20,232 nt of DNA from Geosiphon pyriformis uo1 (lineage: Eukaryota > Fungi > Glomeromycota), in the NCBI GenBank assembly GCA_016748015.1, contig JAAOMT010000698.1, forward strand, positions 1-20,232. The letters run 5' to 3'. Made by a program: the position numbers and the translations under genes. A model generated the notes under the pieces. The model worked only from the letters and a program-made list of their open reading frames with translations, searched no databases and was not told where the DNA came from. Positions 1-11,371 of this stretch are shown here, piece by piece (position 1 is the stretch's first letter; every line of letters starts with the position of its first letter).

Positions 1-209
1 CTACCCTCTAACCCTAACCCTAACCCTAACCCTAACCCTAACCCTAACCCTAACCCTAACCCTAACCCTAACCCTAACCCTAACCCTAACCCTAACCCTA
101 ACCCTAACCCTAACCCTAACCCTAACCCTAACCCTAACCCTAACCCTAACCCTAACCCTAACCCTAACCCTAACCCTAACCCTAACCCTAACCCTAACCC
201 TAACCCTAA
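1..209. repeat. Telomeric repeat array (CCCTAA)n = (TTAGGG)n, left chromosome end
   Basis: Near-perfect CCCTAA hexamers from the first bases of the window. The C-rich strand lies at the 5' end, as expected for a true end. Confidence 0.97.
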
Positions 210-455
210 CCCTATCCCTATCCCTAACCCTAACCCTATCCCTATCCCTATCCCTATCCCTATTCCTATTCCTATCCCTATCCCTATCCCTATCCCTATA
301 AATATCCCTATAAATATCCCTATAAATATCCCTATCCCTATAAATATCACTATAAATATCCCTAACCCTATCCTTATCCCTATTTCTATTTCTATTTCTA
401 TTTCTATTTCTATCCTTATTTTTATTCTTATCCTTATTTTTATTCTTATTTCTAT
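210..455. repeat. Variant/degenerate telomeric repeats (CCCTAT, CCCTATAAATAT, TTCTAT, TCTTAT)
   Basis: Six-base periodicity continues while the unit changes CCCTAA > CCCTAT > TTCTAT/TTTTAT. Confidence 0.9.
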
Positions 456-699
456 TATAACATACTCATAAAAAATTTTAACAAAAAAACCAAATATAAC
501 TATTAATAACATAATCTTTGTGTCAAATACTAATATAATAAATTTTTGTATTCTTCTAATAATAAATACAAATCTTGCCTAATTCATAACAAAAATTAAA
601 AGCCAATTAATTTAATATCCAAAAAAAAAACTAAAAAAATACAAAAATCTTTTGAAAATAAACTACTTAAAATTCAATCACTTATAGTAAAACAAAAAA

Positions 700-2095
700 A
701 ACTTTTCTTTAAAAAAAGAAAAATAAACGTTGAAAATTTGTTGACTAGAAATAACTCAATTATCTCAAAAAAAATTAATATCTTTAAATAAACTCATGTA
801 ATATAACAGACTATTACTACCAAAAAAACTCGTTTTATTCATTTAAAGTCTTACCAATTTAATTGATACAATAATAACTTCATTATAAAAATTATAATCC
901 AAATAAAAAATCTTGGATTTATATAGGAAACCAAAAATAAATAGAGTTTTTCAATTGTAGTGGTATTCAAAAAAGGTGAAATTTTATGCTTCTGTATTGA
1001 CTACTGCTAATTAAATATTATTACTATAAGTAATATATATTCACTTCCCAAAATTAATGCAATATTAGATAAATTCAATAGTGCTGTTTTTTTTCAACTA
1101 TTAACTTAACTGCTGAATTTTGGTAAGCAGAGATGAATTCAAAAAATAAAAAGAAAACTGCTTTTATTATCAAGTATAATATCTATAAATTTACAATTAT
1201 GCTTTTTGGTCTTATCAATATTTTTCCTACTTTTTAATGCTTAATGGATAAAGTATTTGAATCAGTAAAAAAAAACTTTGTTCTGGTCTATCTAGATGAT
1301 ATAATAGTATACTCAAAAACTTGGAATGAATATCTTAAACACTTGAAAAAGGTTTTTGATCTTTTTAAAAATGCTGGCTTCAAGATAAATCCAATTAAAT
1401 CTTTTTTTGAATGCCAATCTACTTAGTTTTTTGATTATTTTATTATAAAAGATAGAATCTTTCCTGACCCAGCTAAAATTGAAAAAGTTCAGAATATTAA
1501 ACAATATTTTAATGTTCCTAAACTATGCTTTTTTCTTGGTTTGGCTTCTTACTATTGCAAATTTATCAAGAATTTTTCTAAAATTGCTTTTTCTCTTAAT
1601 CAGTTACTCAAAAAAAATGTCAATTATTACTGGGGCATTTATCAACAAAAAGCTTTTGAAACTTTAAAAAAAAAACTTGTTACTAAACCAATTCTTAAAC
1701 AACTTGATCTGAACCAACTTTTTATCTTTTACATTGATATATCTGACTATAAACTTGGTGTTATTCTCTTAGAAAAAGATGAAAATGGCAGAAAACATGC
1801 TATAGTATATGCTAATAGAATTCTCACACTAGCAGAAAAAAACTATTTAGTTACTGAACAAAAATACTTGACAGTAATTTGGACTATTAGTTACTAAGAC
1901 CAATATTTTCTTGGTATAAAATTCTTAGTAATAATAAATCATTAAGCCTTAATTTGGCTGTACAATAAAAAAAAGCTAGAACACAAATAAATAACTTATT
2001 GAATATTCCATCTGAATAAATTTGACTATAATATTCAATATCACAAAAGAGCAAATCATCAAAATACTGATGTTTTCTCTAAACTTACTATCTAG
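700..2095 (+). pseudogene. pol: Element A reverse transcriptase-RNase H remnant
   Basis: Motifs seen: FCIDY (~990), YSLPKI, LVYLDDIIVYS (YLDD at 1289-1300), ASYYCKFIKNFSKIA, YIDISDYKLGVIL, AEKNY and NTDVFSKL (decayed NADALSR), then stops at 2093-2101. Many stops and frameshifts. Confidence 0.92.
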
Positions 2096-2158
2096 TAATA
2101 GTACAACTTTTCAACCAAACCAACTTAATTATTAGTAATACTCTTATAAATAAATACA

Positions 2159-3470
2159 ATAATTAACTTAGACAACTATTTTGTCTTAATAGAATTTTTG
2201 AGTAAAAGACAATACTTACCAGAATATACTTAACAGTAAAGAGAACATTTGTATAAACAATCAAATTTCTATTTGATTTGTTAGAACCAATTATATAGAA
2301 AAAATCCTGATTATTTTTAGAAAATTATTAGATTTGAAGAAAGAGAAATTGTAATTTATAATATGTATACTGATTTATTAGCTAGACACTTTGGAAAAAC
2401 AAAAACAATTCAGAAAACTTTAGCTTACTATTATTGGCCTACTTTAAGAAAAAACATTACTGAATACATTAAAACTTGTAACATCTGCCAAAAAAGAGAA
2501 AAACCCAACCAGAAAAAAGATATTTATTCAATCTCTGTTAGCCAACCATTTGACAGAATTGGTATAAATGTTGTTGGATCCTTAATAATAACTTTTAATA
2601 ACAATAGATATATTATTATAGCTACCAACTATCTTACAAAGTGAGTAGAAGCAAAAGCCACTTCAAACTAAATAGCAGTTTTAATAGCCAACTTTATTTA
2701 TGAAGATATTATTTGCCATTCCATCATGACTGCTCCAAAAAACTTTTATCTAATAGAAGAAAAGTTTTTCTTAGTACACTGGTTAAAGAACTTTGTAGAA
2801 AAATAGAAATATATTATAAACTTTTCTCCTCTTACTACTTTCAAACAAATAGTCTAGCAGAATATTTCAATAAAACATTATGTAAAACTTTAGCCAAAAC
2901 CAGTAAAGAAACAAACTTATAAAACAAAGTATTGTCTTCAGTTTTGTTTGTTTATAAAACTGTGAATCATGACATAACAAGTTATAAATCTTTTTATTTG
3001 TTTTATAATCATATGGCAATATTACTAATAGAAACTGATATTAAAACAATATTCTTTGAAGAAATCACAATAAGAAATTATAAAGACATTTTGCAAAGAA
3101 GACTTGATATTATTCTTGACTTATTAGTGAAGCATAAATAATTGCCTTTAAAAAAATAAAACAGTTTTAAAAAAAGCTTAAGAAAAAAAAACTTATAAAA
3201 AACTTTCCTTAAGTGTTAGTGACTTAGTATTAAAATACTGTTTAAACAAAGACAATATTTATAGTAATAAATTTTTTAACTAGTTGAAAGGACTCTTTAT
3301 AATCAACAAAGTTTTGAATAATGGTTCTTATATTCTTTAAGATTAATTTGAAACAATCTTCAATAATTGTCTTGTTTATAATACATGACTCAAGAAATAT
3401 CATAAACAACCTAATTGGTTGCCTGTTATAATAATACCAACTCAAATAATTAGCAAAAATCAAATATAAA
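2159..3470 (+). pseudogene. Element A integrase remnant
   Basis: Zinc-binding region (HFGKTKT..YYWP..CNICQ), PFDRIGINVVG, YIIIATNYLTK, QTNSLAEYFNKTL, a decayed GPF module and terminal RLKKY..WLPVIII. Confidence 0.9.
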
Positions 3471-3479
3471 TAAATGTAC

Positions 3480-4135
3480 TATTTTTAAAACAGAGGTATC
3501 TTCAATTAACATGAATAATTATTTTCTGAATCAAAACATTTAAAACATCTTCTATACTCTTCATAAGTATTGGATCAAAAACTATCCTAATACTACTCTA
3601 ATTATTAAAAAACAGATCACAATAATTGATAACAGTAGAATACATACTATTATTAGACTAAAGAAAACTACTATTAAAAAAAAAGAATTAATAGCAAAAT
3701 GAATAAATATCTGTTAGAAAATATAACAGCAGTTATACTTTTACCTTTCAACACAATTGAAAAAACACTCCAAGAAATTTTACTCATAGACAAAAATTTA
3801 TTATATGGAAAGCAATTAGAACTCTATGGTTATTTTGATAAAATCATAGAAGACATAAAACTAATAAAGAAAACAATTTTAAAAATACAGGCAAAAATTT
3901 TGGGCATTATATGATTAAATATCCCAAGAGTTTTAACTATTGTTAAAAAAACCAAACTTTTAATATAAAGATTTAGTTTCTTAAATACAAAACTCATTTT
4001 GTCTTAAATATTATATATCTTATTTACTAAAAATTTTAATAAACTAGTTAGCTTTGAATTAAACAAAACCTTTCAAATAGATTATTTTATGAATAACTTG
4101 ATTTTGCCAGAGCTCAATTTCTTTAGAAAAAATAA
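3480..4135 (+). pseudogene. Element A 3' uncharacterised coding domain (includes ORF 3699-3914)
   Basis: The frame continues past the 3912 stop to the PPT. LELYGYFDKII resembles YCYFYLGQHI of element D and occupies the same position. Similarity judged by eye only. Confidence 0.55.
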
Positions 4136-4189
4136 TATTATAGTTGAAACTTATACTTTTTATTAGTTATTACATGTATTAGCCACTAA

Positions 4190-4958
4190 TGTTATATAAT
4201 TAGCCATCTTATTTTTAGATAATGATTATTGATCTAATCATTGACCTAATTATTGATCTGATTAATAACTTGATTGTTAACTTGATCATTGACCCTTTTG
4301 ATAGCTAATATAAGCAATAAATCTCTTAGCTGTAGAAAAATATGTCAGAAATTAAAAAAATTAAATAAATAAAATAACAATTTTCATTTCAATTTTTTTC
4401 TTATTGCTAATATTTTTTTTCTACCTTTAAGTATCTGAACATTTTGGAATAAAAGATTACTTGTTAGTTATTCCTCATTTTTTTTCTAAAAATATGTAAT
4501 TATAGTATTTGAAAATTATTGAATAAAATATGATTAAAAAGTATATTTAATAACTGATATTGAATTCTAAGAATGTTAATGTGAAGCATAGAATTATACT
4601 AGTGTGTAATCATTTGTTGACAGTATAAACTATCTTTCTATCTTCAGATTTCTCAGTTATCTTTTGAAAAGTATAATTACTAAAATATTTTATAAAATTA
4701 ATCTTACATATTAAATTTATACTTATTTAATTCACTCTTTAAAGTTGAATTCCTTTTGATTTTTTTTTATTACTCTATAACCTTATTTTTCTTTGCTATC
4801 TGTTAGCTTGTTACTCCAATCTATAATAATATATACATAATTTGTATTATTTAAAATCTTGCATAATTTTTTTTTTCTATGCTACTTTATAAAAATGTGC
4901 TTATTTCTGAAAATGTCTCATAATTTTTTAAAAATGTGCTTATTTTTTGAGAATATAT
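4190..4958 (-). mobile_element. Element B: probable minus-oriented LTR fragment interrupted by element C
   Basis: Begins TGTTAT. Bases 4820-4958 (atatacataat...aaaatgtgcttatt repeats) match the TATA/U3 region of C's LTR (5615-5825) in the same orientation. Left boundary is uncertain. Confidence 0.5.
4223..4294. repeat. 12-bp tandem repeat x6 (consensus TGATCATTGACC)
   Basis: Units: tgattattgatc, taatcattgacc, taattattgatc, tgattaataact, tgattgttaact, tgatcattgacc. Confidence 0.8.
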
Positions 4959-5886
4959 TATTACAGATACTTATTTGGAAGTGTTAAAACAAATAACAAA
5001 TCTGTAACTTGATGCTTAATAGCTGGTAATATTGGTAATTTCTAAAGATTTTGGTTGAGTTTTTTGTATAATAAACAGAAATTCAATTGATAATTTTTTC
5101 TATGAATTTTTTTTTTCAACATAATAGCTAGTTTATTTTAATTGTTGTACTCTTCTAATAAGCTATTCTTAAATTTCTATTCATATTTTCATGTCTTTTA
5201 CCAGATTATTCTTAACATCAAATACTTAGCACTTAATTTTTTTAATCAATTAGTAAATAAAAAAGAAATAAAACAAGAGAAATAAAAAAATTAAAAAAAA
5301 AATTAAAAAAATAGGAAAAAAAAATTAAAAATTAGTATTCTGTTAATAGCTATAATTAAAAGCTATAAGTCCAATGTAATTAAGTATTATATTCTATCAA
5401 TATTGAGTATTAATAGAATGAAATTAATTAATATTTTTTAATTAAATAATAATAACATAGATTTTAAATAATAATTAATATTTTATTGATATGTAAATTA
5501 ATTCTATTTTAAATTATAGAAAACTACCTTTTAAAGAAAAAAGTATTAAATAATTAATAGGTTGTAACTAATCTTATCTGTATTAATTCTATCTTTTTTG
5601 TTTTTAATATTTTTGCTATATATACATAATTTTTGTTATATAAGATTTTACATTTTCTTAAACAATATATTCTATTTTCTCTAATAATATGCTTATTGTT
5701 AAACAATATGCCACAATTTTCTAAAAATGTGCTTATTGCTAAGCAGTATGCTATAATTTACTAACAATGTGTTCATTGCTAAGCAATATGTCATAATTTT
5801 TTTAATATTGTGCTTATTTACTAAGTTTTATTCTTTTATTAGTCTATTTTATTTGCTTTTTTTCTTGTACTTTTCTATGAGTAATA
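4959..5886 (-). repeat. Element C 3' LTR
   Basis: Termini TATTACA...GTAATA (decayed TGTTACA...GTAACA). Shares blocks with the D LTRs (aaataacaaa.ctgtaactt, gtcttttaccag, taatcaattagt, gctatatatacataat, tttctatgagtaa). Followed by a decayed PPT. Confidence 0.88.
5686..5825. repeat. ~40-bp tandem repeat (~3.5 copies) in U3 of the C LTR
   Basis: aatgtgcttattgctaagcaatatgccataattttctaa-like unit recurs at 40-bp spacing. Confidence 0.8.
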
Positions 5887-5898
5887 TTATTTTTTCTT

Positions 5899-7955
5899 TT
5901 AATATTAAGCTTTATCGAAATTTTTATTTTGAATTAAGTCTATTACTTCTCTTTTTAATGCTATTTGTTCAATTCTGTTCTTTATTTTTTCATATTGAGA
6001 GTTGTTTATTCTTTTCTATTGGTTAATAGTTATTGTTTCTATTTTTTGATATAGTAGTTTTTCTAAATAATTTTGAAATATGGTGTGTAATTGGTAAATT
6101 GTTTTGATCTATAGTATAGAATTTGTTTTTTTTTTACTAAAATTTTCAATCTGTTGTACTATTTCTTGATTGAATATTTTTTTGAATTTATCAATATATA
6201 ATTCCTAAATATTTAGTTTTTGTCTTAACTAATAATAACAATATGATACTAAAAGCTATTTTATTTATAGCTTCTAATTTTTTTTAGTTAGCTCCTTTAT
6301 TGGAATCATCATTGGTATTTTCTTAAAAGTGTTCTTTACTTTTTTTATAACTTTATTTGACCAGTACTTTGTTTGGTTTTATGGTTACTAATATGAAGTA
6401 ATTCTTGCTTTTTTTTCTTTTTTGGTGTTTTGATAGCAAATTATTTAATAATTAGTAATAATTTTTATGTCTAATTATTGTTAATTTATGATCTAAAATA
6501 ATTGTTGAGCCATTATGTAGATGTGATCTGGGATTTCTATCTTTTTATTGTTGCTTTTGTTACATATACTATGTTTTTATATATTATTTTTGTAAATCAA
6601 TTTAATATATTTGTGTTAATGATTATAATTGGTTCTAAATCTCATAAAATCTTATCTGGTTAAATTAGTATTTGTTGTGCTCTTAGTTGTGGAATATTAC
6701 TAGTAGATAATAATACTATATTGTAATATGATTTTAATTAATCTCTATGTACTGTTTTAGCTAAAATTTTGTTGTTTTATCTTAGTTTATAAGCTCTATT
6801 TTCTAGAATTTTTTCAATGTGAAATGGTTTATCCCATTTGAGGTCAAATTTTTTACTCCATTGTTTTTCTGCCTTGGTACAATATAATAATATTTTGTCT
6901 CTAATTTTGAATTCAACTGGTTTATCTGGTAATTGGTTATTATGTCGTTTTTTTTATTTTTTCTGTGATTTTTAAATGTTATCAGCTGCTCTTTGTCTTT
7001 TGTTTTCTAAAGTTTTCATTAGTTTGTATGTTGTTTCAATAATGTTCTTTGTAAATTGACTTCTGTTATTGGTTTTGTTAAATATGTGTTGATGTCTATC
7101 TCAATAAATAATGTTGCTGTTCTACCATAAACAAGTTTAAATTGTGTTGCTTGTGTGGTATCTTGCTTTATTGTTTGATAAACAAATTTCATTTGTCTTG
7201 GTTTTTTTGGCTAATTTTGGCTATTGTTTCACATAATGTTTTGTTAAATCTTTCAACCAATCTATTTGTTTGTGAATAGTATAGTAATAATAATGGTCTC
7301 TTAATTCCAAATTTTTAACTTAATTTTGTTAGTCTTCTGTTCACAAAGTAAGTTTTTTGATCTGATAATAATTTTTTTGGACATCTATATTGACAAATCA
7401 AATTTTGATGAACAAATTTGGCTACAGATTCTGTATTTGTTCTTTAAATTGCTTTTGTTTTTGGCTATTTAGTAAGATAATTCATGGCTATGGCTATATA
7501 ACAATTGTCTTTGCTGATTATTGTTAATAGTTTAACTAAGTCAATTTCAATTCAATCAAATGGTTGTTCCACTTTAATTGGTCTAAGTAGTTTACTGGGT
7601 CTTGTTCTTCTTTTTTTTTGATAAGTATTACAGTTTTAAATGTATTATATAATGTTTGAATACATTGATAGCCAATAATATTTTTTTCTGGTTTTTTCTA
7701 TGGTTGCTTCTTTATAAAATGTCCTGCTGTTAAATTTAAGTGCATGTTGTATAGTATTGTTTTTTTCTCTGGTTCTGTGATTACTCTGAGTAGTTGATCT
7801 GGATTTTTTCTGTTTTTTTAATATAATATATTTTAATGAATAATAAAATATTTTGATTGTTGTTTTATGTTGTTTTGTTCTTTTTAAGATAATTTCTTTT
7901 CAAACTGTTGGGTATTAATATAATGTTGTAATTGTTAATATTTTTGTGTGTTCAT
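5899..7955 (-). pseudogene. Element C ORF2 remnant: integrase plus 3' domain
   Basis: ATG at 7955 (MNTQKY*QLQHY). Aligns codon-wise with D ORF2, including DLEPIIII, MAQQLF and YCYY*LRQKLNI. Many stops. Confidence 0.88.
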
Positions 7956-7985
7956 CTTTTGTTATATTTTTGGGTTGAAGTAGTT

Positions 7986-8360
7986 TTAAACTTGTTTTAT
8001 TTGTAATAAATTGTCAGCATTTTTGTTTTTTTTTCTCTTTTTATAATGTATTATATAATTAAATAGTGAAAGTTCTATTTTCTATTTTGCATAGTAATTG
8101 TCTTCAAATTTTTGTTTTTGAATTAATGTCAATTTTTTGTGATCAGTATATATGTTAAACTTTTGACTCAAGTATTTTTTTTATTTAATAACAGTTTAAT
8201 AAATAGCCAAATGTTCTAATGTTAAAGTTTCATAATTTTTTTCAGCTGAATTTAAGTTTCGACTGGTGTATATTACTGGATGTTTTTTTCTATCTAATCT
8301 TATTTAAAACAGTACAGCTCTTAATGCTTGATCTGATGCATTAGTTATAATGATAAATGG
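7986..8360 (-). pseudogene. pol: Element C RNase H remnant
   Basis: Aligns with D 11372-11745 and ends NADNLLQIKQV* at 7986. Confidence 0.85.
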
Positions 8361-9229
8361 TATTACAGGTGATTATTTTTGCTGTTGAATTAAATAACAA
8401 ACCCATGACTTGGTGCTTAAAAGCTATTGCCATTGATGAGGTTTTGAAGGTGATATATCTGAAGGTTTAGATGGAGTTCTTTGTATAATAGACAAATATT
8501 CAATAGTGTCGATAGTAGATGTATCTTTCCAAGAGTTTCTCTCAATTTCTTTCTCAGTGTAGTGGCTGGATTTAGTCTGGTAGTCATGCTCTTCTAGTAA
8601 GCTATCTGATAATATATAAAATCCTTCCCATATTTCTGGGTCTTTTACCAGGCTATCCTTGACGTCAATAACTCAGCACTTAATCTTTAATCAATTAGTA
8701 TACAACAACAAATCAAAATAAAATAAAGAAAAAAGAAATAAAAAAAAATAAAGAAAGCAAAGAAATAAGCCAAGATGATTTGCAGATTAGTATCCCGTCA
8801 ATAGCCATGATCAAGAGCTATTGTTTCAGCATAGTTAAGTATCAATTACTATCAACATGAAGGATTGATAATGGGGAAGTGGATTGAGATATGAAATAAT
8901 TATTTATTTGATGATTGCGTTTTTAGGCTAAGGATTCTGTGATATCGATTCTGTTTTTTTTGTTTCTATCACTACTGCTATATATACATAATTAAGATTT
9001 CTCAATTCCTCAATTCTTCATGATAGGAATTCTGGAATTCCTGGAATCTTGCAATTTCTTTGAGAGGAATTCTGGAATTCTGGAATTCTGTAATTTCTCG
9101 TTGGGGAATCCTGAAATTCCTGGAATCCTGCAATTCCTAAGAGGAATCCTGGAATTCCATATTTACTACACCTACTTCTGATTGGCTAATAATTAGACTA
9201 ATATATTTCTTATATTTCTATGAGTAACA
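8361..9229 (-). repeat. Element D 3' LTR (869 bp)
   Basis: Termini TATTACA...GTAACA; direct repeat of 17609-18399. Confidence 0.95.
8970..9160 (-). promoter_or_regulatory. U3 promoter region of the D LTR: TATA-like box plus GGAATTCC/GGAATCCT tandem repeats
   Basis: The minus strand reads TATGTATATATAGC at ~8976-8990, preceded by repeats at 9025-9158. The same layout occurs at 18234-18328. Confidence 0.55.
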
Positions 9230-9244
9230 TTATTCCCTCTTTTT
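9230..9244 (-). other. Polypurine tract of D
   Basis: Minus strand AAAAAGAGGGAATAA lies directly before TGTTAC of the 3' LTR. Confidence 0.9.
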
Positions 9245-11309
9245 AATATTGAGCTCCATCGAAATCCAACTCATGTAATTCTCTCTCTTGAAGTATTTCC
9301 TGGATTTTGTTTTCAAGAATTACTTGTGTTATTTGGGTCTGTAATTTTTCAAATTGAGCATTAGTGATTTTTCCCAATTGATTACTGGTAACTATATCCA
9401 TTGCTTTGTTGAGCAATATTTCTGGTCTATCCTGAAATGCTGTGTGTATTCAGTAGATGGCTCAGGCTTGTGTAGATAAGTTGTTCTTTCCCACAAAATG
9501 TTCTAATTATTATAGTATTCTTTTGTCGAATAATTACTTTGTCTTATCCGTATATAGATTCTGGATATTTATATGTTGTCCTAAGTAAAAATAACAATAG
9601 TTTTGTGGAAATTGTTGTATCCACCAATTCCAAGTTGCTTTAATCAACTCTTGATATAGTGACTCTTTTGTCAACTCTTTTATTGCTAATTTTACTTTCG
9701 CCATAATTTTGTCTACTGTATTTTCAGTTTTCTTTGGTGTTCTGAGTTGCAATGTCTTTCTAGTATCTTGATATCGAATGATTTGTTGATTGATTGTAAT
9801 CTCTATTTCTTGGTGTTGGATTAATTGAAAGAGTTGTTGTGCTAGTGAGTGAATGTTGTCTGTAATTTCTATTTTTCTGATATTTCCTGTCACGTCTACT
9901 ATGTCTTTATATATTCTTTGGATGGATCAATTTAACGTATTGTTGTCGATAATAACAATTGGTTCCAGATCTTGTGGAATCTCATCTGGTCAGATTAGTA
10001 TTCTCTGTACCCCTAATTGTGGAATATTACTGGTAGATGGTAGTGTAATGTTGTGGTATAGTTTTAGTCGATCTCCATGTGCTGCTTTGGTTAAAATTTT
10101 GTTATCTAATCTTAATTTGTAAGCTCCATTTCCTAGAATTTTCTCTATGTGAAATGGTCCATCCTATTTGGGGTCAAATTTTCCACTCCATTGTTTTTCT
10201 GCTTTGGTATGATGTAGTAGTACTTTGTCTCCAATCCTGAATTCAACTGGTTTATCTGGCAGTTGGTTATCATGTCTTTCTTTTTGTTTCTCTTGTGACT
10301 TTTGTATATTATTAGCTGCTCTTCATTGTTTGTTTTCTAATGTTTCCATTAAGTCATATGTTCTTCTCAACAATGTATTTTTGAAATTTTCTTCTGTTAT
10401 TGGTTCAGTTGGGTATGTGCTGACTTCTATTTCTACAGGTAGTGTTGCTGTTCTACTATATACTAATTTAAATGGTGTTGCTTGTGTAGTATCTTTCTTC
10501 ATTGTCCAATAAGCAAATAGTACTGATGGTATCAAAAAATCCCAATTGTTCTGGTTTTTTTGACTGAGTTTAGTTATTGCTTTACACAATGTTCTGTTGA
10601 ATCTTTCTACTAATCTGTTGGTTTGTGGATGGTATAGTAATGATAATGGTCTCTTGATTCCGAATCTTTGGCTTAATTCTGTTAATGTTCTGTTCACAAA
10701 ATGAGTTCCTTGGTCTGATAATAATTCTTTTGGACATCCATGTTGACAAATCAAATCCTGATGAATGAATTCGACCATGGATTCTGCATCCGCTCTTTGA
10801 ATTGCTTTCACCTCTGGCTATTTAGTGAGATATTCCATAGCTACTGCTATGTATCTGTTTCTTCTGCTGGTAATGATTAATGGTCTAACTAAATCAATTC
10901 TAATATGGTTAAATGGTTGTCCTACTTTGATTGGTCTTAATGATTCACTGGGTCTTGTTCCTCCTCTTCACTGACAAGCATTACAATTTTGAACATATTG
11001 AATAATGTCTGAGTATATTGATGGCCAATAGTATCTTTTTCTGGTTCTTTCCATGGTTGCTTCTTTGTGAAAATGTCCTGTTGTTGGATTTGAGTGCATG
11101 TTGAATAATATTGTCTCTTTTTCTGGTTCTGTAATTACTCTGGTTGGTTGATCTGGATCCCTTCTATTTTTTCGATAAAGTATATTTTGGTGAGTGATAA
11201 AATATTTTGATTGTTGTTTAATACTCTTTCGTTCCATTTGAGATAAATTCTCTTTGAACTGTTGAGTGGTTATATAATGTTGAAGTTGTTAATATTTTTG
11301 TATATTCAT
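9243..11309 (-). pseudogene. Element D ORF2: integrase (HHCC, DDE, GPF) plus ~270-aa C-terminal domain; 689 codons
   Basis: ORFs 10968-11237, 10323-10811 and 9534-9893 are all in one frame from ATG 11309 to TAA 9243. Motifs: MHSNPTTGH..CNAC, LLSDQGTHF, YHPQTNRLVERFN, DGPFHI, HGDRLKLY. The internal stops I checked are consistent with C>T/G>A changes. Confidence 0.92.
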
Positions 11310-11371
11310 CTTTTGTCATATTTTTCTTTGGTATTGTTTTGGTTTTGTTATATTTTTGTGTTAAAATGTTC

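Larger units (their letters stand above)
460..4189 (+). mobile_element. Element A: heavily decayed, 5'-truncated Ty3/Gypsy LTR retrotransposon
   Basis: RT, RNase H and integrase remnants occur in Gypsy order, followed by a 3' domain, a decayed PPT (~4126-4135) and a TATTATAG (=TGTTACAG-like) LTR start at 4136. No gag or 5' LTR is present. Both boundaries are approximate. Confidence 0.85.
4959..8360 (-). mobile_element. Element C (3' part): decayed Gypsy element closely related to D
   Basis: Colinear with D 8361-11745 across LTR, PPT, 3' domain, integrase and RNase H, but much more AT-rich. Confidence 0.92.

Noticed and set aside
4172-4189. PBS-like sequence next to the B LTR start
   Set aside because: It needs assumed mutations, and no minus-strand gag follows. 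The flank belongs to element A.
5769-6026. Hydrophobic 85-aa ORF suggesting a membrane or env protein
   Set aside because: It lies antisense across C's LTR/PPT junction, and the F/L richness comes from T-rich decayed DNA.
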